From an uncultured bacterium (lineage in GTDB: Bacteria; Hydrogenedentota; Hydrogenedentia; Hydrogenedentales; JAEUWI01): DNA of 64,000 nt. Position numbers and translations under genes: made by a program. The notes under the pieces were generated by a model. The model worked only from the letters and a program-made list of their open reading frames with translations, did not search any database and was not told the origin of the DNA. Shown piece by piece: positions 1 to 8,718 of this stretch (its first letter is position 1; every line of letters starts with the position of its first letter). Where the stretch lies: the NCBI GenBank assembly GCA_963977445.1, contig CAXBPH010000005.1, positions 72 to 64,071 of the forward strand, in the 5' to 3' direction.

Positions 1-260
1 GAACGCCCGCCATCACGACGCTGGGCATGGGTGAAGCAGAAATGAAAACCATCGCCAAGCTCATCAAGCTGGTCGTAAGCAATACCCGTGCAGGCATATT
101 GGCATCCGGCCCCAACGCCGGTCAGCCCAGCAAACGTCTCCACGAGCTGGATGACGCAGTGCGCGACGAAGCCCGGGCCATGACGAAAGCCCTCCTGGAT
201 CGCTTTCCCGTCTATCCCCAGTTGGACCTGTCCTTCTTGCAGGAACATTTCAGCGGCTAA
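1..260 (+). CDS. glyA: Serine hydroxymethyltransferase, C-terminal fragment (5' end lies outside the window)
   Basis: Frame 3 reads TPAITTLGMGEAEMKTIAKLI... to TAA at 258-260. This matches the conserved GTPA(V/I)TTRG-x-x-E-x-EM C-terminal block of SHMT. A strong terminator follows. Confidence 0.7.
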   Translation, partial: TPAITTLGMGEAEMKTIAKLIKLVVSNTRAGILASGPNAGQPSKRLHELDDAVRDEARAMTKALLDRFPVYPQLDLSFLQEHFSG

Positions 261-287
261 CGCTGCCCTATCAACTACACTTTAAAA

Positions 288-326
288 ACGCCCCCGGTAT
301 CCTTGGGATACCGGGGGCGTTTTTTG
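288..326 (+). terminator. Rho-independent terminator after glyA; A-run upstream and T-run downstream make it potentially bidirectional
   Basis: 15-bp perfect stem ACGCCCCCGGTATCC / GGATACCGGGGGCGT with a 3-nt loop, followed by TTTTT (321-325). Confidence 0.85.
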
Positions 327-356
327 TGGCCAAGATGACCAATATATATTTCTACG

Positions 357-1016
357 TTTCGGGACGTACCGCCGCAAACAGACCACCCGATCGACAAGGA
401 AACCAAGACCGCCAATAATTCCACCTCAAGTAACGGAAGAAAACCACGGGCGGAGGCATGTCCCAGTGACCTATGAGCAAGGCGCGTGAGTCATATGAAC
501 GACCCCACAGGGACAGGCACACGCACAAAGCCACTGCCGTTGACCAAGTCGCATCGGCTCGCCAGAAGGGGAGTACCATGAATCACGTCGTGTACGCGCG
601 CGTCCGTCCCAAACACATTCGGGACGTACCGCCGCAAACAGACCACCCGATCGAAAAGGAAGCCAGGACCGCCAACACTTCCACCTCAAGTAACGGAAGA
701 AAACCACGGGCGGAGGCATGTCCCAGCGACCTATGGGCGAGGCACTTAAGTCATATGAACGACCCCACAGGGACAGGCACACGCACAAAGCCACTGCCGT
801 TGACCAAGTCGCATCGGCTCGCCAGAAGCGGAGTACCATGAATCACGTCGTGTACGCGCGCGTCCGTCCCAAACACGTTTCGGGACGTCCCTCCGCAAAC
901 AGACCACCCGGCTCGACAAGAAAGCCAAGACCGCAAACACTTCCACCTCAAGTAACGGTGGAAAACCACGGGCGGAGGCATGTCCCAGTGACCTATGGGC
1001 GAAGCACTTGAGTCAT
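357..1016. repeat. Tandem array, about 2.5 copies of a ~260-bp non-coding unit
   Basis: GGGACGTACCGCCGCAAACAG recurs at 361 and 621, and as GGGACGTCCCTCCGCAAACAG at 882 (periods 260 and 261). Copies 1 and 2 differ by only scattered substitutions. Copy 3 diverges after about 135 nt. Confidence 0.9.
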
Positions 1017-1324
1017 CTCAATACCCCCAAAGACCAGCACACACGCAGATCGAGCCCCACCTCCCGGGCAGAAGGCCGGATGGCAAGCCCCCACAATGTC
1101 AGAGACATTTGCGCCATCCACCTACTTGTCGGTTATAGAACTGCCCTATCCGGTCGCCCCCTGACGTCCTATCCGGATAGTTCCAAAACACAAGCCGCAG
1201 CCCTTCGTTAACTGCCACTATGATATACGCAAATCCCTAATTACGCAATTGTTTTTTTATTATTCTAGGAAAACTACATCTTACGTAAAAACATATGATT
1301 GGCCAGACTGACTGATGACAGCCC

Positions 1325-2413
1325 TTACCCCTCCAACTCGATCACCGAGAAACTCAGTACCTTGTCCACTCCGTCACGATTAAAGTCCAATCGCACTTTA
1401 TCCCCGATGAAGAGATCCCAATTGATGAAATCCATTTCCGACGGATGATTCACCTCATTGTCGTTCATCTTGAGAATTACATCGCCCGGGCGAAGCCCCG
1501 CTTCAAACGCGGGCGCCGACCGATAGATTTGTGTGACCAGCACCCCGCTGGTGGCCGTGATGCCCAACTGGTTCCGCGTGAGGTCGGCCAACTCCGCAAC
1601 CGCTTCGCCGTGAATACCGATCCAGGGATTCCGACGGCGTCCAAACTTGATAAGTTCCTCGGCAACCCGTTTTACCCGATCCACCGGAATCGCAAATCCC
1701 AGTCCCTGGTGACCACCGCTGCTCGAAAAGATCATGGTGTTCACCCCAACCACCTCACCCCTGGCGTTCACGAGGGGCCCGCCACTGTTTCCGGGATTAA
1801 TGGCGGCGTCGGTCTGGATCAGGTCTTGATAGAGTCGGTCACCCCCACCCACTTCCCGACTGACGCGGCGGTGATTCGCCGAGATGACACCAACACTGAC
1901 ACTTGGCTGAGGATCGCGCATCATGGTGCCAAAGGGGTTGCCGATGGCAATGACCCACTCCCCGATCAGGAGATCGCCGGAGCTCCCAAGCACAACGTGA
2001 GGCAGGTCTTGCCCTTTGGCACGCAATACGGCCACATCGGTGCGCTCATCGGAGCCCACCAGTTCCACGTCCAATTCCCGCCCCCCCGGCAAGGTCACCG
2101 AAGTAATTTCATCGGCATCCTGGATGACGTGGTAGTTGGTCAGGATGTGGCCCTTGTCGTCAAAGATAAAGCCACTCCCAATTCCCTCTACGGCCCGATC
2201 CCGGGTGCGGTAGCGTCGCCCGAAAAGCCCCCAGAAATCGGGATCGATATACCGTTCCTGCTGGTACTCAACCACATTCAACGTTACAACAGCGGGAGAT
2301 ACCTTCTCGATGGACGTCACAATGGCATTTCGACGACCATCCGAAATGGCATCAGCCCCGACCATCGGGGCGATGATCAGGGCTGATAACACAAGTAGTA
2401 ATAAGGCACGCAT
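1325..2413 (-). CDS. HtrA/DegP-family periplasmic serine protease with PDZ domain
   Basis: Signal peptide MRALLLLVLSALIIAPMVGA. Catalytic motifs TNYHVI, DVAVL and GNSGGPLVN. C-terminal PDZ-like segment (GVLVTQIYRSAPAFEAGLRPGDVILKMN). Confidence 0.85.
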   Translation of the reverse strand: MRALLLLVLSALIIAPMVGADAISDGRRNAIVTSIEKVSPAVVTLNVVEYQQERYIDPDFWGLFGRRYRTRDRAVEGIGSGFIFDDKGHILTNYHVIQDADEITSVTLPGGRELDVELVGSDERTDVAVLRAKGQDLPHVVLGSSGDLLIGEWVIAIGNPFGTMMRDPQPSVSVGVISANHRRVSREVGGGDRLYQDLIQTDAAINPGNSGGPLVNARGEVVGVNTMIFSSSGGHQGLGFAIPVDRVKRVAEELIKFGRRRNPWIGIHGEAVAELADLTRNQLGITATSGVLVTQIYRSAPAFEAGLRPGDVILKMNDNEVNHPSEMDFINWDLFIGDKVRLDFNRDGVDKVLSFSVIELEG

Positions 2414-2418
2414 GGGGC

Positions 2419-4809
2419 CTAGGACTCCGGTGCAGGTGCCGGTGTTGCCTCAGGGGCGGGTGCTGGTGCTGGCGCAGCTTCCGGGGTGGGCGCGGGGGCC
2501 ACTTCCGGTGCTGGCGCTGGCGCTGGCGCTGGCGCTGGCGCAGGTGCAGGCGCTGGTGCAGCAGCCTCGGGAGCCGGTGTGGCCTCCGGTGCTGGCGCAG
2601 CCTCAGGTGCAGGTGCAGGTGCAGGTGCAGGTGCAGGTGCAGGTGCTGGCGCTGGTGCAGCAGCCTCGGGAGCCGGTGTGGTCTCCGGTGCTGGCGCAGC
2701 CTCAGGTGCTGGCGCAGCCTCAGGTGCTGGTGCTGGTGCTGGTGCTGGTGCTGGTGCTGGTGCTGGTGCTGGTGCTGGTGCAGGTGCTGGTGCAGGCGCA
2801 GGTGCTGGTGCAGGTGCTGGTGCTGGTGCTGGCGCAGCCTCAGGAGCCGGCGTGGCTTCCGGTGCGGGCGCAGGAGCCGCTTCGGCTTCTACGGCGGGCA
2901 TAGGTGCCCCGTTCGCTTCAGCAGGCATCGCCACTGCGGCTTCGGGCTCGGCAACCTTGTCGCCGACACTCTCGGCGGCAGCGGTAAAGGCGGCGACGAT
3001 ATTCTCGACGTCGGCCACGGCCACCGTGAAGGTATTCTGCATGCCGCTCACCGAAAGCGGATGTACACCGTCGGTAACTTCTCCAAATGTCAGCAACCGG
3101 GAAGCACCGCTCCGGGTAATAATGGTTACCGCGCCAGATTCGACGATATCAGAGGGCAGGCCACCGAAGTTAACATCGGTGGCTTCCAGAGAAAGGATGC
3201 TATCGAGCAAGGCATCGCCTTTGGCATCATCCACCTGGAATTGACCGTCTGGACTTTCCAGGGTCCAGCCCCCTTCACCGTTACGCAGGGTAACCGTGTC
3301 GCCGTTAACGCGGCCGTCGATGCGGGTCACGTCGTCGGCGCTCATATCGAGCAAGGCAAGCTGGAAGAAGTTGCGGGGGGCAACGAAGAATTTCGCCACA
3401 TCCACCGTCTTCATAATGAGCACCTGGTCGTTACCGGCAAACTTGACATAGGTTCCGTCAACGCCCTTGGCCTTACCGGCAACCGCGAAACTCTGGGTCG
3501 CACCACCAACCGTCAGCTCAATGCTACGGTCAAATTCACCCGCAGACGGTGGGTTGTCGGTGTAGTCGGACGGGGTCCAGGTGGCCAGTCCGTTGATCAG
3601 CGTATCGATCGTTGTTTGCTGGGTCTTGAGGTTCGACGTGGGAGACGCTACCTGCCAGGTGTCACCTGCCTTGGCAAGAATCACCGTGCCCTCGGGCTGG
3701 GTTATTTTCACGGAGGAGATAGCCTCTATATCGGTCGTCCAGACAGGCAAGTCAATCAGATCGGACCCTTTGGGGAAAAGCTGATCAAAGTTGTAGCTGG
3801 ACACCTCATAGACCACGTCGGCCTTGTTGGAGGCAACGCGGATGTAGCCGTTTCCGGCAAGGTCGGGACGACCCCCTTCGATAACAACATCGTCGCCCTC
3901 AGAGCGGGAAACCGTCGCCGTGAATCCCGGCGTTTCCAGTCCCCATTCGGCTTTCGTCGTCGGGTCGACCACGTTGGTCGCTTCGAGGCTTTTCAATTTG
4001 TTCAGGAGGTTTTGAAAGGCAACATCCTTGAACTCCTTGTCTGCACCACCGACCACCATGGCCCACTCCACTTCTTTCGTGGGTGCTGGGGGCGTCACGG
4101 CTTCTGCAGCCTCGGCGCCTTCCTGGGGCTCCGCCGCAGGAATTTCCTTCTCACGCTTTTCGAAGGTCATGGCCTTGTCCGGCGTCGTCAGGGCAACTTT
4201 CGTCACGACCTCTTTGTCGATCTCCAGGATGGACTTGTCCAACCAGGCATCGGGCTTGGGCGCTTCCGCGAGATCTTCACTGAAGAGTCCCGCATCGCTA
4301 CGCAAGTTGGTCGATTCCACATAGATGGACTTGTCGCCCGACTTACGAACGAATACCGTCTGTTGGTCGGGGGCCTTACCAAAGAGCAAGTCGACAATGG
4401 GCTTTTCCGCGCCGGACTTGTAGCCCTGCACCCGGAAGGCTTCGTCGTCTTTCAGGCTGAAGTCAGCAAGCTGGGCGTCGTCTTCGGCTTTCGCGCGAAA
4501 CTCACCCTTCATGCTGACCACGCTGTCGAGGTAGCCATCGATTTTTTCTGAGGACACGGGGGCGTCGAAGTGACTCCGCACGACCCAGGCATCGCCCTCT
4601 TTTTCCAGGATTACTTTGTCATCGGGCGTCGCACTGGCAAAAAGTTCCAGCTTGGCAAGGTCACCCGTCTCAAGATCGCTCGCCACGAGGGCCGTCAGAT
4701 TCGCCTGTGATTTAAGCGAAGGTTGACTCTGGCTCCCCCGCTTCATCAGCCCAATGGCCAACAGGACGACCAGAATAACGAGAAATGGAAGTAGTTTTTT
4801 AAAACTCAT
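2419..4809 (-). CDS. DUF4340-like membrane-anchored protein with a long C-terminal Ala-Pro low-complexity tail
   Basis: 796-aa ORF with an N-terminal TM segment (LLPFLVILVVLLAIGL). It lies directly downstream of the GldG-like gene, the usual DUF4340 context. The last ~150 aa are (AP)n / PEAAPA / PEATPA repeats. The stop is 5 nt before the htrA start. Confidence 0.65.
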   Translation of the reverse strand: MSFKKLLPFLVILVVLLAIGLMKRGSQSQPSLKSQANLTALVASDLETGDLAKLELFASATPDDKVILEKEGDAWVVRSHFDAPVSSEKIDGYLDSVVSMKGEFRAKAEDDAQLADFSLKDDEAFRVQGYKSGAEKPIVDLLFGKAPDQQTVFVRKSGDKSIYVESTNLRSDAGLFSEDLAEAPKPDAWLDKSILEIDKEVVTKVALTTPDKAMTFEKREKEIPAAEPQEGAEAAEAVTPPAPTKEVEWAMVVGGADKEFKDVAFQNLLNKLKSLEATNVVDPTTKAEWGLETPGFTATVSRSEGDDVVIEGGRPDLAGNGYIRVASNKADVVYEVSSYNFDQLFPKGSDLIDLPVWTTDIEAISSVKITQPEGTVILAKAGDTWQVASPTSNLKTQQTTIDTLINGLATWTPSDYTDNPPSAGEFDRSIELTVGGATQSFAVAGKAKGVDGTYVKFAGNDQVLIMKTVDVAKFFVAPRNFFQLALLDMSADDVTRIDGRVNGDTVTLRNGEGGWTLESPDGQFQVDDAKGDALLDSILSLEATDVNFGGLPSDIVESGAVTIITRSGASRLLTFGEVTDGVHPLSVSGMQNTFTVAVADVENIVAAFTAAAESVGDKVAEPEAAVAMPAEANGAPMPAVEAEAAPAPAPEATPAPEAAPAPAPAPAPAPAPAPAPAPAPAPAPAPAPAPAPAPAPEAAPAPEAAPAPETTPAPEAAAPAPAPAPAPAPAPAPAPEAAPAPEATPAPEAAAPAPAPAPAPAPAPAPAPEVAPAPTPEAAPAPAPAPEATPAPAPES
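2422..2890. repeat. Hexanucleotide microsatellite-like tract (GGTGCT/GGTGCA/GGCGCT)n with higher-order duplicated blocks; encodes the AP tail on the minus strand
   Basis: Runs such as ggtgctggtgctggtgct (2727-2790) and ggtgcaggtgcaggtgca (2607-2645). The block gctggtgcagcagcctcgggagccggtgtgg occurs twice (about 2560 and 2650). Confidence 0.9.
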
Positions 4810-4855
4810 GGTTTATGTTCTCCATGCTCAGCATGCTTCGGTGAATCTAGCGGGA

Positions 4856-7387
4856 TCATTCGTTCACATGGGCCATCGTGTAGGCATTACGGGAACGGCG
4901 ACGATTCATGAGGAATGCAATACCAAAACCCGCAATGATTGCGTTGGCCAGAGTGTAGTTGATGATACGCCAGAAGGACTTCGTGCTGTCGGATGGTCGG
5001 TCGATAACCCGGTTAATGGGTTTACGGCCACGAACCAACGCAAGGTTCTCATTCAGCGTAACGGCGTCCACACTGTTCAGGAAAAGGTCGAGATTGGCAT
5101 TCTGCAGGAAATTCTTGCGGAACGTCTCGGAGCAACCCAACAGGATGAGTTCGCCGGGCTTGGATTCCACGGCTTCCACCGGTGCTTCCGGCTCGTCTTC
5201 TTCCGGCGCCGGGGGCTGACCAAACTGTGAAGGCGGCTGGGCCTTGGGCCACGCGGGACGCTCCTGATCGGCATAGGCGTCGGGGAACTGGCCCTTAACC
5301 GTCGCCATAAGGGGGTACGCCTTGCGCTCGGCATTTTCGGGCTCTTCAAAGCTGTCCTGACCCATAGTGGCCGACTTGGCTACCGTCCACGCGCGATCAC
5401 TCGTCTCCATGATGACGTTCTCGGTCAGTCCCAGTTCCTTCACCTTGCTCTCGTCGATATCGAGGGCCGTACCCCAGAGATAGAAGAGGGCGGAGAGGCG
5501 ATTGGTAATGGCCGTATCTTCCGACATGGAAGAGTTGTTGACCAGGATGTGCATGGGCATGTTTACCTGCTGAGGACCGCGGAGCATATCCTGCAGGCTG
5601 TTTCCACCACCCTGAATGGACAAGGGTACCTTGTTCACATCCATGAGCACGTCTTCGCTTACGCCCAGACCGTAGTTGCTGAGCAGTTCGTTCACGCCGG
5701 GGTTTTCTTCACGGCGATTGACGGAGAGACCCTGGGGTGTGGGGCGATAGTCCCACTCATAGGTCTGAACGGCCATGATGACGGATTTTCCGCTCTGGAG
5801 GGCGCGGTTGATTTCCCACCGTTGACGCTCGTTCAGCGAACGGGGATTGATGACGGCCAGGGTGTCATACTCAGCGGGCAAGGGGCTTTCTTTGGTCAAT
5901 TCCACCCGCTCGACTTTGTATTTTTCTGACTCCAGAATCTGCTGGAGGTATTCGTAGGGATCTTCGCTCTCCGGAATCGGCTGCCCCATTTGCATGAGAA
6001 TCTGCTTCATCTGGGGATCGATTGTCACCGCTTCTTTTGGGGCGACCAGGGCCACAACAGGTTCCCTATCGCGGGTCATCTTGTGAATCGTGCTGACGAG
6101 GCGATACTCGAGCTCCTGAAGGGACTGAGGAACAATCTGAGGAAGGATTTCTTCCGCCTTGTCTTTGTAGCCGATTCCGATGCTGGAATACACCAACTTA
6201 CTGGTCATCTCGTCCTGGCTCATGGCCTGAACGTTAAAGGGTTGGACACCCTTCTCCAGCATGCGCTTTTCGATAACGTCTTCTTCCTTTTCGCCCTCTT
6301 CCTTGTCGCCTTCCTTTTCGGCGGCCATGGGATCGGTGTAGGCATTGGCCACGTCGAGATAGATGGTGGTGAAGTCTACGTTACCATCGGAAGCCAGGCG
6401 CATTTCCTCGAGCTTGTCGACGATGTCCTGTTCCAACTCTTTCATTCCCGTGGGCATCTTGTCCCGGGGCGTGATATAGACCTTAAGCTGAACCGGTGTG
6501 TCCAACTCAGCGAGAATATTTTTCGACGCCGGAGATATGGTGTAGATACTATCTTCCGTCAGGTCAAAACGACCCATGCTGGAACCGGCCATGATGTAAT
6601 TGAACAAGAGACCAATGACCACGCTCATGGCCAGGGCACCGGTAAAAATGGTCTTGGCACCGGGACGGTTACGGCCGTCGATGAACATGACATTGAGAAT
6701 AAGGAACACCGCTGTCCAAACCAGGAAGTAGACCACGTCGGCCAGATCAACCACGCCCCGGGTAAAGGGACTGTAGTGACCGAATAGACCCAGCAGGTCA
6801 GACAGCATGGAGCCGAGCCCCGGAACACGGTCATCGATATAGGCCGCGATGAAGCCCGTGCCTACCAGGAAGAAGCTGAAACAGGTCAGCAACGTGACGG
6901 CGAAGGCCACAATCTGGTCCTTAAAGAACCCGGAGAAAAATATCCCCAGGGCCAGGAAAAAAGCGCCCAGTAACAGGGTGCCCAGGTAGCCACCAAAGAT
7001 GGCCCCCATGTCGGGCTCCCCGAGCGACATAAGCATGATGGGAATAGTCACCGTGCTCAGCAGCGTCAAGGCGAAGAAAACCAACGCGGCAAGAAATTTA
7101 CCGATTACCAGTTCTCGCGCTTCCATGGGGAAGGTCAGCAGCATTTCCCAGGTATTTTCTTTGCGCTCTTCCGCCCATATACGCATGGTCACGGCAGGCA
7201 TGAACACGCAGAGTAAGAGGGGAAGATTGTCGAAATACGGCCGCATATCGGCCATAGGGAAGGAGAAGAAAGAGGTTATGTACAGGCCCACGCTGATGGT
7301 CACAAAAACCATCATGAAGATGTAGCCAACGGGGGAGGTGAAATACGCGCCCAGGTCGCGGCGCATAATTGCTTTAATGTTATTCAT
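4856..7387 (-). CDS. Fusion of an ABC-2 type permease (GldF-like) with a GldG-like ABC-transport auxiliary domain
   Basis: The N-terminal ~250 aa are polytopic (ABC-2 permease-like). A large extracytoplasmic domain follows, starting GRFDLTEDSIYTISPASKNILAELDTPVQLKVYITP (GldG-like). There is a C-terminal TM anchor. The gene is adjacent to the ABC ATPase. Confidence 0.7.
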   Translation of the reverse strand: MNNIKAIMRRDLGAYFTSPVGYIFMMVFVTISVGLYITSFFSFPMADMRPYFDNLPLLLCVFMPAVTMRIWAEERKENTWEMLLTFPMEARELVIGKFLAALVFFALTLLSTVTIPIMLMSLGEPDMGAIFGGYLGTLLLGAFFLALGIFFSGFFKDQIVAFAVTLLTCFSFFLVGTGFIAAYIDDRVPGLGSMLSDLLGLFGHYSPFTRGVVDLADVVYFLVWTAVFLILNVMFIDGRNRPGAKTIFTGALAMSVVIGLLFNYIMAGSSMGRFDLTEDSIYTISPASKNILAELDTPVQLKVYITPRDKMPTGMKELEQDIVDKLEEMRLASDGNVDFTTIYLDVANAYTDPMAAEKEGDKEEGEKEEDVIEKRMLEKGVQPFNVQAMSQDEMTSKLVYSSIGIGYKDKAEEILPQIVPQSLQELEYRLVSTIHKMTRDREPVVALVAPKEAVTIDPQMKQILMQMGQPIPESEDPYEYLQQILESEKYKVERVELTKESPLPAEYDTLAVINPRSLNERQRWEINRALQSGKSVIMAVQTYEWDYRPTPQGLSVNRREENPGVNELLSNYGLGVSEDVLMDVNKVPLSIQGGGNSLQDMLRGPQQVNMPMHILVNNSSMSEDTAITNRLSALFYLWGTALDIDESKVKELGLTENVIMETSDRAWTVAKSATMGQDSFEEPENAERKAYPLMATVKGQFPDAYADQERPAWPKAQPPSQFGQPPAPEEDEPEAPVEAVESKPGELILLGCSETFRKNFLQNANLDLFLNSVDAVTLNENLALVRGRKPINRVIDRPSDSTKSFWRIINYTLANAIIAGFGIAFLMNRRRSRNAYTMAHVNE

Positions 7388-7402
7388 GCATCCGTTTCCT
7401 TG

Positions 7403-8353
7403 TTATTTCGTTGACGCCAGACCGGCTTTTTCGGTCAGCGTGAGGAATGTTTCTTCCAGCGTCAGGGGCTTGTCGCCCAGCTGCTTGACCTGCCACTGCT
7501 GGGCCTGGGCCAAGTCGCTGATTTCCCGCCACAAGCTCGATCCCGTTTTGGAATAAAGCAGGAAGGAAGGACATTCGGCGGTGTCCTCAGAACACTCCAC
7601 GTGGGTCACGCCCGAAATACCTTTGAGCTTCCCTTCGATGTCCTTGCGATCACCGACAACCGAGACGGCCGTCCGCTCGTTGTCTTTCGCCTGATGGCGG
7701 AGGGCGTCGAGGGTGCCGTCGCCCACGATCTTCCCGTGATTGATGATCACGATACGATCCGCCGTCGTTTCTACTTCGTGAAGAATGTGGGTAGAGAGGA
7801 TGACGGTTTTTTCTTTGGCAAGATCGCTGATCAGATCGCGAATCTCAAGAATCTGATGGGGATCGAGGCCCGACGTGGGTTCGTCGAGAATAATGACTTC
7901 CGGATCATGAATCAGCGCCTGGGCAATACCCGTACGCTGTTTGTACCCCTTGGAAAGCTCCCGAATCACCTTGCGATACATGGGGCGCAGGCCCGTCGCA
8001 TCGAGCACGGCGTCGGTGCGCTCTTTCAACTTGGACCCCGAAAGACCCCGGGCACTGCCCACGAAATTCAGGTAGGTCCGCACTTCCATATCCATATAAA
8101 GGGGAAGCACCTCAGGAAGGTAGCCGATTTTCTTCCGCACCGCAACCGGGTCTTTGAGAATATCGACGCCTGCCACAATGGCGCTGCCCTTGGTGGGATA
8201 GAGATAGGTGGTAAGTATCTTCATGGTCGTTGATTTACCGGCACCATTGGGGCCCAATAAACCAACAACCTCTCCCCGGTTCACTTCAAACGACACATCA
8301 TCGAGGGCCTTCATGGGCCCATAATGCATCGTCAGTCCGCTCGCTTTGATCAT
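7403..8353 (-). CDS. ABC transporter ATP-binding protein (GldA-like)
   Basis: Walker A GPNGAGKST, signature LSKGYKQR, Walker B IILDEPTSGLD. Confidence 0.9.
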   Translation of the reverse strand: MIKASGLTMHYGPMKALDDVSFEVNRGEVVGLLGPNGAGKSTTMKILTTYLYPTKGSAIVAGVDILKDPVAVRKKIGYLPEVLPLYMDMEVRTYLNFVGSARGLSGSKLKERTDAVLDATGLRPMYRKVIRELSKGYKQRTGIAQALIHDPEVIILDEPTSGLDPHQILEIRDLISDLAKEKTVILSTHILHEVETTADRIVIINHGKIVGDGTLDALRHQAKDNERTAVSVVGDRKDIEGKLKGISGVTHVECSEDTAECPSFLLYSKTGSSLWREISDLAQAQQWQVKQLGDKPLTLEETFLTLTEKAGLASTK

Positions 8354-8459
8354 AGTAGACTGATCTCCTTCATCCGCAATAATGTTTCAAGTGCATCGAT
8401 GGCACGGGTCAATCCCCCCACAGGGTGCCCACAGCAAAACAATAGTTACTGCTCCGAGC

Positions 8460-8475
8460 AGCAAATTTCATACCA
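8460..8475 (-). promoter_or_regulatory. Possible sigma-54 (-24/-12) promoter for the ABC/DUF4340/HtrA operon
   Basis: The minus strand reads TGGTATG-AAAT-TTGCT, with correct GG-N10-GC spacing and a perfect TTGCT. There are two mismatches in the -24 hexamer. It lies about 105 nt upstream of the 8353 start. Confidence 0.25.
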
Positions 8476-8718
8476 AGTGTGCGCCCGAAGCTCCAAGCAG
8501 GGTATGCCGCAGTGTCATGGGGAGTTGGGCAGTGTACCACGCCCCCCAAACAGGTCGCAATGACCTGTCCCCGCCCGATATGGGACAGCTTTTACCTGTT
8601 TTGCGACATGGTAATACCGGCCGTGGACCGGGGACAGTATCCCCCGTAAGAATGAAGTTTTCGAACGTCAGTGGAATCACGTCTTCGACAGGGGGTGACT
8701 GTACCCAATCGCTCCGGC

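Noticed and set aside
352-1011. ORFs of 66-122 aa on both strands across the array (for example 473-841 +, 471-839 -, 718-1011 +)
   Set aside because: They exist only because the repeat lacks stops. Their sequences are repeat-periodic and Arg/His/Pro-rich, with no RBS.
357-1016. The tandem repeats could be a CRISPR array
   Set aside because: The units are about 260 bp and directly abutting, with no unique spacers. There are no cas genes nearby. The repeat length is far outside the CRISPR range.
2486-3244. 252-aa ORF encoding (GA)n / GAGAGA
   Set aside because: It is the antisense reading of the Ala-Pro tail of the 2419-4809 gene, a low-complexity artefact.
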